A DNA stretch of 64,000 nucleotides from Burkholderiaceae bacterium (GTDB lineage: Bacteria > Pseudomonadota > Gammaproteobacteria > Burkholderiales > Burkholderiaceae_F), in assembly GCA_019236735.1 (NCBI GenBank), contig JAFAIM010000088.1, positions 3,427 through 67,426 of the forward strand, written 5' to 3'. Each line of letters begins with the position of its first letter. The first letter of the stretch is position 1. The notes below the pieces were generated by a model. That model had not been told where the DNA came from. It worked only from the letters and a program-made list of their open reading frames with translations, and did not search any database. Positions 53,965 to 64,000 of this stretch are shown here, piece by piece. The position numbers were made by a program, and so were the translations under genes.

Positions 53965-53989
53965 GATGCGGTGTCGTCGGGACGGTCGA

Positions 53990-55060
53990 TCATACGATGT
54001 GCGCCATCTGGGTCGGGTCGAACTCGAGCCACAGCGCTTGCCCGACCGCGTAGACCTCAGGCGGGGGCGCCGTCACGCGAAGCGGCGTCGAGCCGGCGAT
54101 CGGCATCACCGCGTAATCCCAGTGCTCGCCAAGGTACGCGCGATCGAGGACCTTGACCTGGATCTGCGGCACCTGTCCGGCGCGCTGCGATCCGCTGAGC
54201 GAAAGGCGCATGCTCTGGGGGCGTATCGAGAACGTGACCTTGCCGGCGAGCGCGGCGCCGCCCGCAAGTGCCCTGCGAGGAATGCTGAAACCGTCGAACA
54301 CGGCGTCGGTCCCGTTACAAGCGCATTCGATGAAGTTGGTGCGGCCGACGAAGCCGGCGACGAAGCGCGTCCTCGGCTTGGTGTAAAGCGTGTGCGGGTC
54401 GTCAACCTGCTCGATGCGCCCCTGATTCATCACCGCGACTCGGTCCGAAGTAGCCATCGCCTCCGCCTGGTCGTGGGTGACATAGATGGTCGTAATGCGG
54501 AACTCTTCATGCAGTCGCCGGATTTCGGAGCGCATTTCCTCGCGCAGACTGGCGTCGAGGTTGGAAAGCGGCTCGTCGAGCAGAAGCACCGAGGGCTGGA
54601 TGACGAGGGCGCGCGCAAGCGCCACGCGCTGCTGCTGGCCGCCACTGAGCTCGGAAGGATACCGCTGTGCCAGGTGGCTCATGCGCACGACTTCGAGCAT
54701 TTTGCCCATCCGCTTCCGGATTTCCTCGTCGGATATGCGCCGCAGCCCGAGTCCGAACGCGACGTTCTCCTCGACCGTCATGTTCGGCCACACCGCATAG
54801 CTCTGGAAGATCATCGACATTCCGCGCCGTTCCGGCGGAACCGACCCGGCGGCCGACGACAGCAGCTTGCCGTCCAGCTCGATGGTCCCGGCCGTCGGAT
54901 CGATGAAGCCCGCGATCATGCGCAGCGTGGTCGTTTTGCCGCAACCGGATGGACCGAGCAGCGAGACGAATTCCCCCTCCTCGAGCGCCAGTTCCAGCCG
55001 ATCGACGACGAGCGTTTGGCCGAAGCGCTTCTCGATGCCGCGCAGCGCGAGCTTGCTCAT
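53990..55060 (-). CDS. ABC transporter ATP-binding protein (PotA/FbpC-like)
   Basis: Walker [10 protein letters not shown], signature LSGGQQQRV, Walker [12 protein letters not shown] 55060 overlaps the permease stop. Confidence 0.85.
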   Translation of the reverse strand: MSKLALRGIEKRFGQTLVVDRLELALEEGEFVSLLGPSGCGKTTTLRMIAGFIDPTAGTIELDGKLLSSAAGSVPPERRGMSMIFQSYAVWPNMTVEENVAFGLGLRRISDEEIRKRMGKMLEVVRMSHLAQRYPSELSGGQQQRVALARALVIQPSVLLLDEPLSNLDASLREEMRSEIRRLHEEFRITTIYVTHDQAEAMATSDRVAVMNQGRIEQVDDPHTLYTKPRTRFVAGFVGRTNFIECACNGTDAVFDGFSIPRRALAGGAALAGKVTFSIRPQSMRLSLSGSQRAGQVPQIQVKVLDRAYLGEHWDYAVMPIAGSTPLRVTAPPPEVYAVGQALWLEFDPTQMAHIV

Positions 55061-56796
55061 GCACTCCTCCGCAGCATGAAGTCGCGGCCGATTATCCGCC
55101 AGCCCAGAGATGCAATAACGATCGACACGACCAACAGGACAGCGCCCAGCGCGGCCAGCACCTCGAAGTTTCCCTCTTCGGACAGGTCGAATAGCATCAC
55201 CGAGATCACGCGCGTGTCGGGTCCGACCAGGAAAATTGCGGTCGACAATTCGCGGGCGCAAAGAATGAATACCAGGATCCACGCACCCACCAGGCTCTTC
55301 TTCAGCAGCGGCGCCAGCACCTTGCGAATGGCGGTGAGGCGGCTGCCGCCCAGGATGCGCACGGCCTCCTCCATCTCCGGGTTGATGCTGCCGATTCCGG
55401 CAGCGCTCGACGCATAGGCGATCGGCAGGAAGCGGGTGGTAAATGCCAGAATCATCATGGTCGCGGACCCATACAGCGCCAGCGGAGGCGGCGCGTAGGC
55501 CGCGTAGAAACCGATTGACAGCACGATTCCCGGGATGACGATCGGCGTCATGCACAGGAACCCGAGCACATCGGCCCACCGCACGAGTTTGCGGCTCACG
55601 CAATAGGCGGCCCCGAGCGAAAGGCCCATGGCTGCGAACGAGGCGCCCCCAGCATAGAGGAACGTGTTTACGATCGCGTGTTGCGCTTGGGTCTGCTCGA
55701 ACAGCACGTAGCGGAAATTCGCCAGTGTCAAGTTTTCCAGGGAAAACCCCCGACCCCAGGCTTTGGCGAACGCCGCCTGCAGAAGCACCAACATGGGCAG
55801 AAGCACCGACAGGGCGGCGACTGCCAGGGCATATGCCAGCGCTGCCCAGCGCCAGCGCCCCAGGCGGATCATTCGGCGCTCGCCGCCTTTGCCGGTCACG
55901 GTCGTATAGCTTTTGCGCGCGGTCAGCGCGCGCTGCAGCCAGAACATCAGCACGGTGATCAGCAGCAACGGAATCGAGTACGCGGCCGCCGCTTCGACGC
56001 GCGTCGGATATTCGAAGAACTGCCACAACTGGGTAGAGACCACATGGAAGCGCGCCGGCAGCGCAATCATGGCGGGAGCGCCGAACAAGGCAATCGCCTC
56101 CAGAAAGCTGATGATCAGGCCTCCCAGGATCGCCGGCAGTACGAGCGGCAGTGTCACGCGAAAAGCGGTTCGCAACGTGCCCGCGCCGAGAATGTTCGCG
56201 GCGTCCTCCATTTCCGACGGGATCAGGTCGAGCGTCGAATTCGTGAACACGAACACGTACGGAAATGAAGCGAAACCGACCACGGCGATCAGCCCGGTCA
56301 TGGAGTAAACATTGAAGATGCCGTGATCGGCGCCGGCAAGTGCCATCCAAAGGCGGTTGAGCCATCCGGAGTTGGGGCCTGCGAGCAGGATCCACCCGAT
56401 GGCGCCCAGATACGGCGGAATGATGAAGGCGGCCAGTACCATCAGCCTCACCAACGACTTGGCCGGCATGTCGGTGCGGGAGATCGCCCAGGCGATCGGC
56501 ACGCCGAGGACACCCGAAAGCAGTGCCACGCCGACGCCGAGTTCGAGCGAGTGAAGCACTCCCCGCAGCTGCCGCAGGCTGCCATATGCCTCGCGGTAGT
56601 TGGCTAGAGTCAGCCTTCCTGATTCGGCCTCCTGGAAGCTCGAGATCATCAATCGGAACATCGGGCTAAGCACCAGGAACACCACGACCGCAACTATCGC
56701 GAGCCACAGCACGACCCCGGGCTCGAAGCCGCTCAATCGATGCGCAAGTGCGGCGCCCGCCCGTGGTTCAACTGGCTTGCAAGGGGCGCCGCTCAT
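55057..56796 (-). CDS. ABC transporter permease, duplicated two-domain type (iron(III)/thiamine-like)
   Basis: 579 aa with two tandem MetI-like permease halves. Confidence 0.8.
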   Translation of the reverse strand: MSGAPCKPVEPRAGAALAHRLSGFEPGVVLWLAIVAVVVFLVLSPMFRLMISSFQEAESGRLTLANYREAYGSLRQLRGVLHSLELGVGVALLSGVLGVPIAWAISRTDMPAKSLVRLMVLAAFIIPPYLGAIGWILLAGPNSGWLNRLWMALAGADHGIFNVYSMTGLIAVVGFASFPYVFVFTNSTLDLIPSEMEDAANILGAGTLRTAFRVTLPLVLPAILGGLIISFLEAIALFGAPAMIALPARFHVVSTQLWQFFEYPTRVEAAAAYSIPLLLITVLMFWLQRALTARKSYTTVTGKGGERRMIRLGRWRWAALAYALAVAALSVLLPMLVLLQAAFAKAWGRGFSLENLTLANFRYVLFEQTQAQHAIVNTFLYAGGASFAAMGLSLGAAYCVSRKLVRWADVLGFLCMTPIVIPGIVLSIGFYAAYAPPPLALYGSATMMILAFTTRFLPIAYASSAAGIGSINPEMEEAVRILGGSRLTAIRKVLAPLLKKSLVGAWILVFILCARELSTAIFLVGPDTRVISVMLFDLSEEGNFEVLAALGAVLLVVSIVIASLGWRIIGRDFMLRRSA

Positions 56797-56829
56797 CGCC
56801 GGTGTCTGCGTACCGCAAGGCGCGAGCGT

Positions 56830-57888
56830 TCACACACCGAAGGTATCCCGCCACTGACTGGCTACTTCGGGAATCCCCTTGATGATCTCTTCGACGCTGG
56901 GACCGATGGTTTTCAATTCGCCACCCGATCTGACGATCGGTGAAGGCGTCACTTCCGGCCGGATCGGCTCGAAGAAGTGGTCGGCCCAGATCGTCGACGC
57001 ATCGACACTCATCAGATAATCCATGAACAGCCGCGCCGCATTGGGGTGCCTGACTCCCTTGGGGATGCCCGAGGGCGCCAGAATTAGCACCGTCCCGTCA
57101 CTCGGGTAGATCATCGACAGGGGATTGCCCTTCCGGATGCTCTCGGCCGCGGTACCGATCAGGCCCGTGCCGGCGATCAGGCGCTCGCCGGAGTTGAGCA
57201 GCGTGATCGCATCATTGATCGATCGGCCGATCTGCGGGTTGTTTTTTGCCAAGGTATCGAAGAACCGCCAGCCATAAAGCTTGCGCATCATGACGGCCCA
57301 AATCCCGACGTATCCGCTGAAACCCGGGTGGCCGAGCGCGATCTTGTCCTTCCATCTCGGATCGCCCAGATCGCTCCAATTCTTCGGCGCGTCGGCTTGC
57401 TTCAGCTTGGCGGTGTTGTAAACCATGCCGATCAAGGCTGCCGCCGTCACGAAGTAATATCCCTCGGGATCGTAGTGCTGGTAGGTGCCGAGCACCTTGC
57501 TGGCGTTCTCCGGAACGAATTGCTCGAGAAGCTTCCTTTCTTTCAAGTAGGCGTAGTGCCCGACATCGCTGGAACTCAGCAAATCCACCTGGATGGAACC
57601 CGCCCTGAGCTCCTGAGACACGCGCTGGAACGCCACTTGCGCCGTGGTGCGGACCACGTTCACTCTGATCCCTGGATAGATCGCCTCGAAGCCATGGCCC
57701 AGTGCCTGCGCCGTCACATCGTCGCAATGGGTGATGTACCAGGTGAGCTGCCCCTCCTTCCTGGCCGCCTCGTAGAGTTCCCTGGCACGCGTGGTCGCGG
57801 CCGCAGCTGGGCGCGCCGCGCCCACGGCCGCGAGTGCGAAGGCGGCACATCCGCATTTCAGGACCTCGCGACGCGTTGACTTGTCCAT
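56830..57888 (-). CDS. ABC transporter periplasmic substrate-binding protein with Tat-type signal
   Basis: ATG 57888 preceded by AAGGAGAAC. MDKSTRREVLKCGCAAFALAAVGAARPAAA. Confidence 0.8.
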   Translation of the reverse strand: MDKSTRREVLKCGCAAFALAAVGAARPAAAATTRARELYEAARKEGQLTWYITHCDDVTAQALGHGFEAIYPGIRVNVVRTTAQVAFQRVSQELRAGSIQVDLLSSSDVGHYAYLKERKLLEQFVPENASKVLGTYQHYDPEGYYFVTAAALIGMVYNTAKLKQADAPKNWSDLGDPRWKDKIALGHPGFSGYVGIWAVMMRKLYGWRFFDTLAKNNPQIGRSINDAITLLNSGERLIAGTGLIGTAAESIRKGNPLSMIYPSDGTVLILAPSGIPKGVRHPNAARLFMDYLMSVDASTIWADHFFEPIRPEVTPSPIVRSGGELKTIGPSVEEIIKGIPEVASQWRDTFGV

Positions 57889-58069
57889 CGTTGTTCTCCT
57901 TCCGAGCCTCCGCTGATCGCCAGCCTGGCATATCGCGAACTGTTGGTAGAAAACCAGCAACTACGCTAATCTGTTATGTCGCTTCGGACTGGATCGAAAC
58001 TTAGCCGTACAGCTCATCCGAGAGGAAAGATAGAGGAGCGACCGCTACGGAACAAGTGAATTTCACTAC

Positions 58070-59023
58070 ATGTACACATTAGCTCTTCTTATGCGATCCC
58101 TCGACCTCGATTTTCTGCGTAGCTTCGTTGCTGTCGCTGACCATGGCGGCTTTGCTGCGGCCGCCGAGCAGGTGCACCGCACGCAGTCGGCGGTCACACA
58201 GCAGATGGCGCGCCTCGAGGAGAAGCTCGGAGTCGTACTGTTTCGCAAAGTCGGGCGCTCGAAGCAACTGACCGAGCACGGTGTGCGCCTGCTCAACTAC
58301 GCACGGCGCCTCCTGGCATTGAATGACGAAGCCGTCGAATCACTGGCTGCGCCTGATCTGCGCGGCCCCCTACGTCTCGGCAGCATCTACGACGCCACGG
58401 AATATCTGCTGCCACCGCTCCTCGCACGCTTCAATATGCTGTACCCGAACCTGCAAATTGAGGTGCACGTCGATCGCAGCGCCCACCTCATGCCCGCCCT
58501 GAAGCGCGGAGACATCGAAATTGCGCTAACTGCCGCGCTAACGCTAGCGGCTCCCGATCCGGAACACCCCAGCGCACGGCTGCGCAGTTCGCCACTGGTC
58601 TGGATGGCGGCGGCCGACTATGTGCATGACGCAACCCAGCCCGTGCCACTGGTGCTGCCAGATGAGCCGAGCACTTATCGGGCCACGGCGCTTGCCGCGT
58701 TGGATCAACACGGCATCCGTTGGCGCATCCGGCATGTCTCCACGTCGCTGGCCTTCAGTTCGTTACGCGCTGCGATGTGGGCCGGGCTTGGAATCACGAT
58801 CCGGCTTGTCGAAATGATGGCACCGGGCCTGCGGGCGCTCGGCGAGGCGGACGGATTGCCACGGCTTCCCGACATGTGCCTGGACCTCTATCTGCGCGAT
58901 GAGAACGTCAGCAAGCCGGCGCGCCGACTGTTCGAATCAATGGCCGAACTCGCGAAGGTCCAGCCGCAACCGCCCGTTTCCAAACCGTTCCGCGCAAGAC
59001 CCGCAGCCCGGCGACACGCTTGA
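58070..59023 (+). CDS. LysR-family transcriptional regulator
   Basis: LDLDFLRSFVAVADHGGFAAAAEQVHRTQSAVTQQMARLE. Start may be ATG 58091. Confidence 0.85.
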   Translation: MYTLALLMRSLDLDFLRSFVAVADHGGFAAAAEQVHRTQSAVTQQMARLEEKLGVVLFRKVGRSKQLTEHGVRLLNYARRLLALNDEAVESLAAPDLRGPLRLGSIYDATEYLLPPLLARFNMLYPNLQIEVHVDRSAHLMPALKRGDIEIALTAALTLAAPDPEHPSARLRSSPLVWMAAADYVHDATQPVPLVLPDEPSTYRATALAALDQHGIRWRIRHVSTSLAFSSLRAAMWAGLGITIRLVEMMAPGLRALGEADGLPRLPDMCLDLYLRDENVSKPARRLFESMAELAKVQPQPPVSKPFRARPAARRHA

Positions 59024-59469
59024 CCGGACGATCTCACATCGGCACCCCCATGTCCTCGGACACCTGGTCAGTTTGTGCGATCTCCCACACCAGTATCGCG
59101 CCCAGCGTTCCGATCACCCCAGTGAAGAGAGCACCGCCAGTGAGCCCGAGCGTTACTAGGAACTTCCGGGGACGTGGAAGCAAACGGTTGATCAGTACAC
59201 CGACACAGCGTGCACGCCGGCACACACGCCGTACGCCGCCCCGAATTTGGGCATCCACGGCAACAGGAAGATGCGCAGCTTCTGTGCTCAAGTCACGCTG
59301 AACCGGATGGCAAGGTCCCGAACGTACGGGACTGAGCACAGCGAGCGGATCATTACGGAGGCAAGACCATCGCCGTGGCAACGGTCATCAGGACTAGCGA
59401 TGAGCGTCTCCTCGAGACGATCGAGCAACTGAGAGTGAACATACGGCTTGCAACTGCGGCCCGACTCCG

Positions 59470-60516
59470 CTAACGCACCGCAGCAGAAGGCGCGAGCGAT
59501 CCCGCTGCCGAGCGACCGGTGGCTGCATAGATCGATTGCAACAGGTCGCGGCCGACGCGCCCCTCCAGTTGGTGGTGCACCGGCAAAAGCGCTTGCTTCA
59601 GGGAGCGCTTCTCATCGGCAGTCAGTTCGATGATTTCGGTTCGTCCCTTCTTTCGTATCGCCGCGATGGCGTCGTCGTTCTCCTTCTTGGCGATTGCGTC
59701 GGCGAAGTCGCTCGCCTCCGCGATCGACTGCTCAAGAATGCCGCGCAGATCGGACGGCAGCGAGTCCCAGAATTTCGCGTTGGCGATCACCACGTAGCCG
59801 ATATAACCGTGATCACTCAGGGTCATGTACTTCTGCACCTCGTGCACCTTCTGTGTATAGATGTTCGATGGCGTGTTCTCGAACCCATCCACTACCCCGG
59901 TCTGCAATGCCTGGTAAACCTCGGAGAAAGCCATCACTTGCGGAATCGCCCCGAGCGCGCGCATCTGCGCGTCCAGCACCTTGGACGATTGGATGCGGAT
60001 CTTCTGTCCACGGAAGTCCGCCGGTGTGCGCAACGGCTTGTTGTCGGTGAAATCCTTGAAGCCGTTGTCCCAGAAGGCAAGACCCGCGATGCCGTGGTCC
60101 CGCAGCAGCCGTAGCATCGCCGCACCGACCGGGCCGCGCGTCACCTTATGCAGATCGTCGTAGCTTTCGAACAGGTAAGGCAGATCGAAAGCTTCGAATT
60201 GATTGATGCCCATCGGGCCGAACTTCGAGAACGACGGGGCCAGCATCTGCACTGATCCGAGCTGCAGGGCCTCGAGTTCCTCCTTGTCCTTGAACAGGGT
60301 GCTGTTCGGATAAACCTCGATCCTTACCCGACCGTTGCTGCGCTGCTCGGCCAGCTCCTTGAAGAGTTCGGCGGCGCGGCCTTTGGGCGTATCGGATGTC
60401 ACGACGTGGCTGAACTTGATGACGATCGGTGCCTGCTGCGCGCTGACTTGCGCCACCGGGCTCAGGGTCAGGACGAGACTGGATGCGAGGACACTTGCGC
60501 TGACGATCGCTTTCAT
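59470..60516 (-). CDS. TRAP transporter substrate-binding protein (DctP family), paralog of 49183..50214
   Basis: PIVIKFSHVVTSDTPKG...YPNSTLFKDKEELEALQLG. No adjacent dctQ or dctM. Confidence 0.8.
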   Translation of the reverse strand: MKAIVSASVLASSLVLTLSPVAQVSAQQAPIVIKFSHVVTSDTPKGRAAELFKELAEQRSNGRVRIEVYPNSTLFKDKEELEALQLGSVQMLAPSFSKFGPMGINQFEAFDLPYLFESYDDLHKVTRGPVGAAMLRLLRDHGIAGLAFWDNGFKDFTDNKPLRTPADFRGQKIRIQSSKVLDAQMRALGAIPQVMAFSEVYQALQTGVVDGFENTPSNIYTQKVHEVQKYMTLSDHGYIGYVVIANAKFWDSLPSDLRGILEQSIAEASDFADAIAKKENDDAIAAIRKKGRTEIIELTADEKRSLKQALLPVHHQLEGRVGRDLLQSIYAATGRSAAGSLAPSAAVR

Positions 60517-60603
60517 TCTGCCTCCTTGTGTTCATTCTTCGCCTGTTTCAGTTTCTTGGGTCCACCCCGGTCCCGGTGCGACCGACCCTTCCCGTGTGAA
60601 GCA

Positions 60604-61779
60604 TCAGATCGCCCGCAACTGGCGCAAGCGTTCGATGTCGGCCACCGAGAACCCCAGACGGGCCAGGATCGCTTCGGTGTGCTGGCCCAAAACCGGTATC
60701 GCCTCCATCCGGACGGCGCCGGCGTCGGCCGCCCCAGGCGGCAGCAGTGCGGGCACCGGGCCGCCCGGTGTGTCGACTTGCACCCACCGTCGGCGAGCCA
60801 TCAGCTGACGGTGCTCCCACACTTCCCGCATCACGTTCATGCGCGCATTGGAGATCTGTGCTTCGTCAAGCCGCGCGATCACCTGGTCGCCCGTCAGATC
60901 GGAAAATGCTTTCACGATGATCTCGCGAAGCTGGGCGCGCGCTTCGGTTCTCCGGCTGTTGCTGCAGAAGCGCTCGTCGGCAGCCAAGTCGGGCTGTCGC
61001 AGGACCTCTTTGCAGAAGGCCAACCACTCGCGCTCGTTCTGCAACCCGAGCATGACGGTGCTGCCGTCGCCGGCAGGGAAAGGCCCATAGGGGTAGATGG
61101 TGGCGTGCGCGGCACCGGCGCGCGACGGCGGTGCGCCATCGAACGCGTAGTACATCGGGTGCCCCATCCACTCAACCATCGCTTCGAGCATCGAGATCTC
61201 GATGCGCCTGCCGTGCCCGGTATGGCCGCGCTCGATCAGCGCGGCCAGGATGTTGCTGAAGGCGTACATGCCGGCGGCGATGTCCGCAATCGAGCAACCT
61301 GCCTTGGCGGGCTCCTGCGCGCTCCCAGTCACCGACAGGAAGCCCGACTCGCTCTGGATCATCAGGTCGTAGGCCTTCTTTTCGCGATACGGGCCATCGG
61401 AGCCATAGCCCGAGATGTCGCACACGATCAGGCGCGGATGGGTCGCATGCAGCGCCTCGTACGAAAGACCCAGCCGTGCAGCGGCGCCCGGCATCAGGTT
61501 CTGCACCAGCACGTCGGCGCCGGTCAACAACCGCGCCAGGATCGCCGGGGCCTCGGCGTGCTTCAAATCGAGCGTCAGGCTCTCCTTGGAGCGGTTGGTC
61601 CACACGAAATGGGACGACTGTCCACGCACCCGCCCGTCGTAGCCGCGCGCGAAGTCCCCACCCCCTGGGCGCTCGATCTTGATGACCCTTGCGCCCAGGT
61701 CGGCGAGTTGGCGCGTGCAAAAGGGCGCTGCGACAGCATGCTCGAGCGCTACAACAACGATTCCTTGCAGCGGCAGCAT
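60604..61779 (-). CDS. family III CoA-transferase (CaiB/BaiF)
   Basis: LQGIVVVALEHAVAAPFCTRQLADLGARVIKIERPGGGD and LMIQSESGF. ATG 61779. Confidence 0.8.
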   Translation of the reverse strand: MLPLQGIVVVALEHAVAAPFCTRQLADLGARVIKIERPGGGDFARGYDGRVRGQSSHFVWTNRSKESLTLDLKHAEAPAILARLLTGADVLVQNLMPGAAARLGLSYEALHATHPRLIVCDISGYGSDGPYREKKAYDLMIQSESGFLSVTGSAQEPAKAGCSIADIAAGMYAFSNILAALIERGHTGHGRRIEISMLEAMVEWMGHPMYYAFDGAPPSRAGAAHATIYPYGPFPAGDGSTVMLGLQNEREWLAFCKEVLRQPDLAADERFCSNSRRTEARAQLREIIVKAFSDLTGDQVIARLDEAQISNARMNVMREVWEHRQLMARRRWVQVDTPGGPVPALLPPGAADAGAVRMEAIPVLGQHTEAILARLGFSVADIERLRQLRAI

Positions 61780-61787
61780 CAGAGCCG

Positions 61788-62945
61788 TCAGTACGACCGG
61801 GGAAGGCCAAGCACGCGCTCGGCCACGTACGACAGGATCAAGTTGGTCGCGATCGGAGCCACCTGATAGAGGCGCGTTTCGCGGAACTTGCGCTCCACGT
61901 CGTACTCGCGCGCGAATCCGTAGCCGCCATGGAACTGAACGCAGGCGTTCGCGGCTTCCCACGATGCCTTGGCCGCGAGGTACTTGGCCATGTTCGCCTC
62001 CGCCCCACAGGGCAGCTGCGCGTCGAGCAACTCACAGGCCCGCCACCGCATCAGGTTGGCGGCCTCCACCTCGATATAGCTCTCGGCAATCGGGAACTGC
62101 ACACCCTGGTTCTGCCCGATCGGGCGGCCGAAAACGACGCGTTCGCCCGCGTACCGCGTCACGCGTTCAATGAACCAGTAGCCGTCGCCGATGCACTCGG
62201 CCGCGATCAGCGTGCGCTCGACGTTCAAGCTGTCGAGGATGTACCGAAAGCCCTCGCCTTCTTGGCCGATCAGGTTTTCGGCCGGGATCTCCAGGTTGTC
62301 GAAGAAGAGCTCGCTCGTTTCGTGGTTCACCATGTTCGCGATCGGCCGGACCACAAGTCCCTTGCCGATCGCCTCGCGCAGGTCGACGATGAAGATCGAC
62401 ATGCCATCGGACTTCCTCTTCACCTCGGCAAGGGGGGTCGTGCGCGCGAGCAGGATCATCAAGTCGGAGTGCTGCACGCGGGAGATCCACACCTTCTGCC
62501 CGTTGATGACGTAGCGGCCGTCCCTTTTCGTTGCGACGGTCCTGATCTTCGTGGTGTCCGTACCGGCTGCCGGCTCGGTCACCGCCATCGACTGGATGCG
62601 CAGCTCGCCGGACGCGATGCGTGGCAGATACTTCTCCCTTTGTGCCGCACTGCCGTTGCGCGACAGCGTCCCGACGTTGTACATCTGCCCGTGCACTGCG
62701 CCGGAGTTTCCTCCCGAGCGATTGATCTCCTCCATGATGACGGTCGCCGCCGTCAGACCAAGGCCCGCCCCTCCGTACTCCTGCGGAATCAGTGCGGCCA
62801 GCCAACCCGCGCTCGTCAACGCATCGACGAACTTCTGCGGGTACGCTCCTTGCTCGCCGACGGTTCGGAAGTATTCATCGGGAAACTCGCTGCAAAGGCG
62901 GCGGATCGCATCGCGGATTTCTGGATGCCGTTCGGGTTTAGTCAT
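61788..62945 (-). CDS. acyl-CoA dehydrogenase
   Basis: MAVTEPAAGTD, and FHGGYGFAREYDVERKFRETRLYQVAPI at the C-terminus. ATG 62945. Confidence 0.85.
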   Translation of the reverse strand: MTKPERHPEIRDAIRRLCSEFPDEYFRTVGEQGAYPQKFVDALTSAGWLAALIPQEYGGAGLGLTAATVIMEEINRSGGNSGAVHGQMYNVGTLSRNGSAAQREKYLPRIASGELRIQSMAVTEPAAGTDTTKIRTVATKRDGRYVINGQKVWISRVQHSDLMILLARTTPLAEVKRKSDGMSIFIVDLREAIGKGLVVRPIANMVNHETSELFFDNLEIPAENLIGQEGEGFRYILDSLNVERTLIAAECIGDGYWFIERVTRYAGERVVFGRPIGQNQGVQFPIAESYIEVEAANLMRWRACELLDAQLPCGAEANMAKYLAAKASWEAANACVQFHGGYGFAREYDVERKFRETRLYQVAPIATNLILSYVAERVLGLPRSY

Positions 62946-62976
62946 CTTGGGCAACTCCAGGTCAGCGCCACCACGG

Positions 62977-63831
62977 TCATGCCAGGATCGCGGTCGCTTC
63001 CACCGCAAGCGCGCCGTCGGCGCGCCGCGCCCAAAGCTGGGCCGTCCTGCCTTCGTCCGGCCGGCGGCCACAGAGGTGGAACGGCTCCACGTCAAAGGTC
63101 GGCTTTACCGCCCGGAAAGCGAAACGAGACACCGTCGCGCCGGGCAGATGGGACTGCAGCAGGTCCAGCAGCAGCGTCGCGATAAGCGGCCCGTGCACCA
63201 CCAGCCCCGGATAGCCCGCCACCTCGGTGGCGTAGCGCCGGTCGTAGTGGATCCGGTGGCCATTGAAGGTCAGCGCCGAGTAGCGGAAAAGCAGCACTTC
63301 GTCCGGGCAGATCTTCCGAATCCAGTCCTGCTCGAGCGGAGCAGGCCGCATCGGTGCCGCCGCGACACCAGGGCCCGGGTCCCCGCGGTAGACGATGTCG
63401 TGCTCGTCGATGACGGCCACGCCGGCTGCGTCCTTGATCTCGTGGCGAACCCGCACGAAGACGAGCGGCCCGCTTCGCCCTGCCTTGCCGGTGATCTCGA
63501 CGATGCGGCTGGTCCGCGTGATGGCCTGGCCGACCCGCAGATTCCGGAGAAACTCGAGTCGGCTGCCGGCCCACATGCGCTGGGACAGCGGCACTGGCGG
63601 AAGGAAGCCACCCCGCTTGGAGTGCCCGTCGGGTCCGAGCTCCGACTGCCTGTGCAGCGGCAGGAAGTAGAGCCAGTGCCAGCATGGCGGGACCGCGTCG
63701 CCGGGCCGTGGCGCCGGATCGTTGCGGTCCAGCGTCGCAGACAGCGCCTGCAGCGGCGTTGCCGTCGCCAGATCCTCAAGCGTTTCGGTCCTGCCGATCC
63801 ACTGCTTCAACTCGTCGAGGTTCACATCCAT
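62977..63831 (-). CDS. MaoC-like/double-hotdog acyl-CoA hydratase (mesaconyl/itaconyl-CoA hydratase-like)
   Basis: ATG 63831. RMWAGSRLEF... and FRYSALTFNGHRIHYD...PGLVVHGPL. Confidence 0.65.
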   Translation of the reverse strand: MDVNLDELKQWIGRTETLEDLATATPLQALSATLDRNDPAPRPGDAVPPCWHWLYFLPLHRQSELGPDGHSKRGGFLPPVPLSQRMWAGSRLEFLRNLRVGQAITRTSRIVEITGKAGRSGPLVFVRVRHEIKDAAGVAVIDEHDIVYRGDPGPGVAAAPMRPAPLEQDWIRKICPDEVLLFRYSALTFNGHRIHYDRRYATEVAGYPGLVVHGPLIATLLLDLLQSHLPGATVSRFAFRAVKPTFDVEPFHLCGRRPDEGRTAQLWARRADGALAVEATAILA

Positions 63832-63946
63832 GAACGCCAAGCCTCTGCCTTGTTTCAGTCCATCGAATGATAGATTTTCATCGCTCCGCATGTGAAATAG
63901 AATTCCGTGATGGCCGTTATTACCGAGCCTCATCACGGAGAAGCGT

Positions 63947-64000
63947 ATGGACCTGAAGCAACTGCGTGCCTTCCTGACGATCGCCGACACCGGCAACGTC
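63947..64000 (+). CDS. LysR-family regulator, N-terminus only (cut by window edge)
   Basis: MDLKQLRAFLTIADTGNV, divergent from the hydratase operon. Confidence 0.6.
   Translation, partial: MDLKQLRAFLTIADTGNV

Noticed and set aside
53963-55417. 484-aa plus-strand ORF
   Set aside because: Antisense to the ABC ATPase and permease genes. No motifs.
59034-59381. 115-aa minus-strand ORF between the LysR and DctP genes
   Set aside because: Only the last 40 or so residues look like a possible TM helix. No start context or family similarity. Left uncalled.
60406-63870. Plus-strand ORFs 60406..61866, 61689..63185 and 62551..63870
   Set aside because: Antisense to the CoA-transferase, acyl-CoA dehydrogenase and hydratase genes. 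Low-complexity translations.
1-64000. CRISPR arrays, rRNA genes, riboswitches
   Set aside because: No regularly spaced direct repeats with unique spacers and no rRNA-like conserved stretches. No recognisable B12 or other riboswitch core was noticed in the intergenic regions read.

Overview
High-GC proteobacterial chromosome segment; hand counts of single 60-nt lines give about 40/60 G+C in core genes. All calls come from reading the ORF-track translations and the DNA by eye, with no database search. The window falls into five blocks. (1) 1-6.3 kb: methylmalonyl-CoA mutase, MeaB and propionyl-CoA carboxylase beta/alpha. (2) 6.7-18.7 kb is the most unusual part. A heme-c DUF3365/HAMP sensor stub, a Hanks Ser/Thr kinase, a LuxR response regulator and a hybrid histidine kinase sit directly upstream of a co-directional T6SS-like set: TagH(FHA), PP2C phosphatase, TssL(DotU+OmpA), a short TssM and TagF. 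No sheath, baseplate, Hcp, VgrG, ClpV or TssJ gene is recognisable anywhere in the 64 kb. (3) 18.7-34.8 kb: YiiX-like hydrolase, lipoprotein, CzcBA-type RND pump with outer-membrane factor, enoyl-CoA hydratase, PiT-PPK2, thioesterase, VOC, Hpt, a DMT transporter with a His-rich tail, and a 900-aa all-coiled-coil protein. (4) about 34.9-49.2 kb: a lower-GC mosaic accessory region. It holds small cassette-like genes, a VOC-GNAT fusion, a PEP-CTERM protein, higA with a truncated higB, and a DUF3604/PPIase/HupE module. It also holds an OprB porin, PIN/Phd and two BrnT/BrnA-type TA pairs, and several gene fragments (integrase, IS3 transposase, AbiEii, DUF3604, acyltransferase). Two identical 47-nt 3-prime halves of tRNA-His and a recurring intergenic repeat family are present as well. 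(5) 49.2-64 kb: two orphan TRAP DctP binding proteins, a class II aldolase, LysR regulators, a cobalt-type nitrile hydratase operon, an ABC importer, and a CoA-transferase/acyl-CoA dehydrogenase/MaoC-hydratase cluster. No rRNA gene, intact tRNA gene or CRISPR array was seen. Many long ORFs in the track are antisense or out-of-frame shadows typical of high-GC DNA and were not called.
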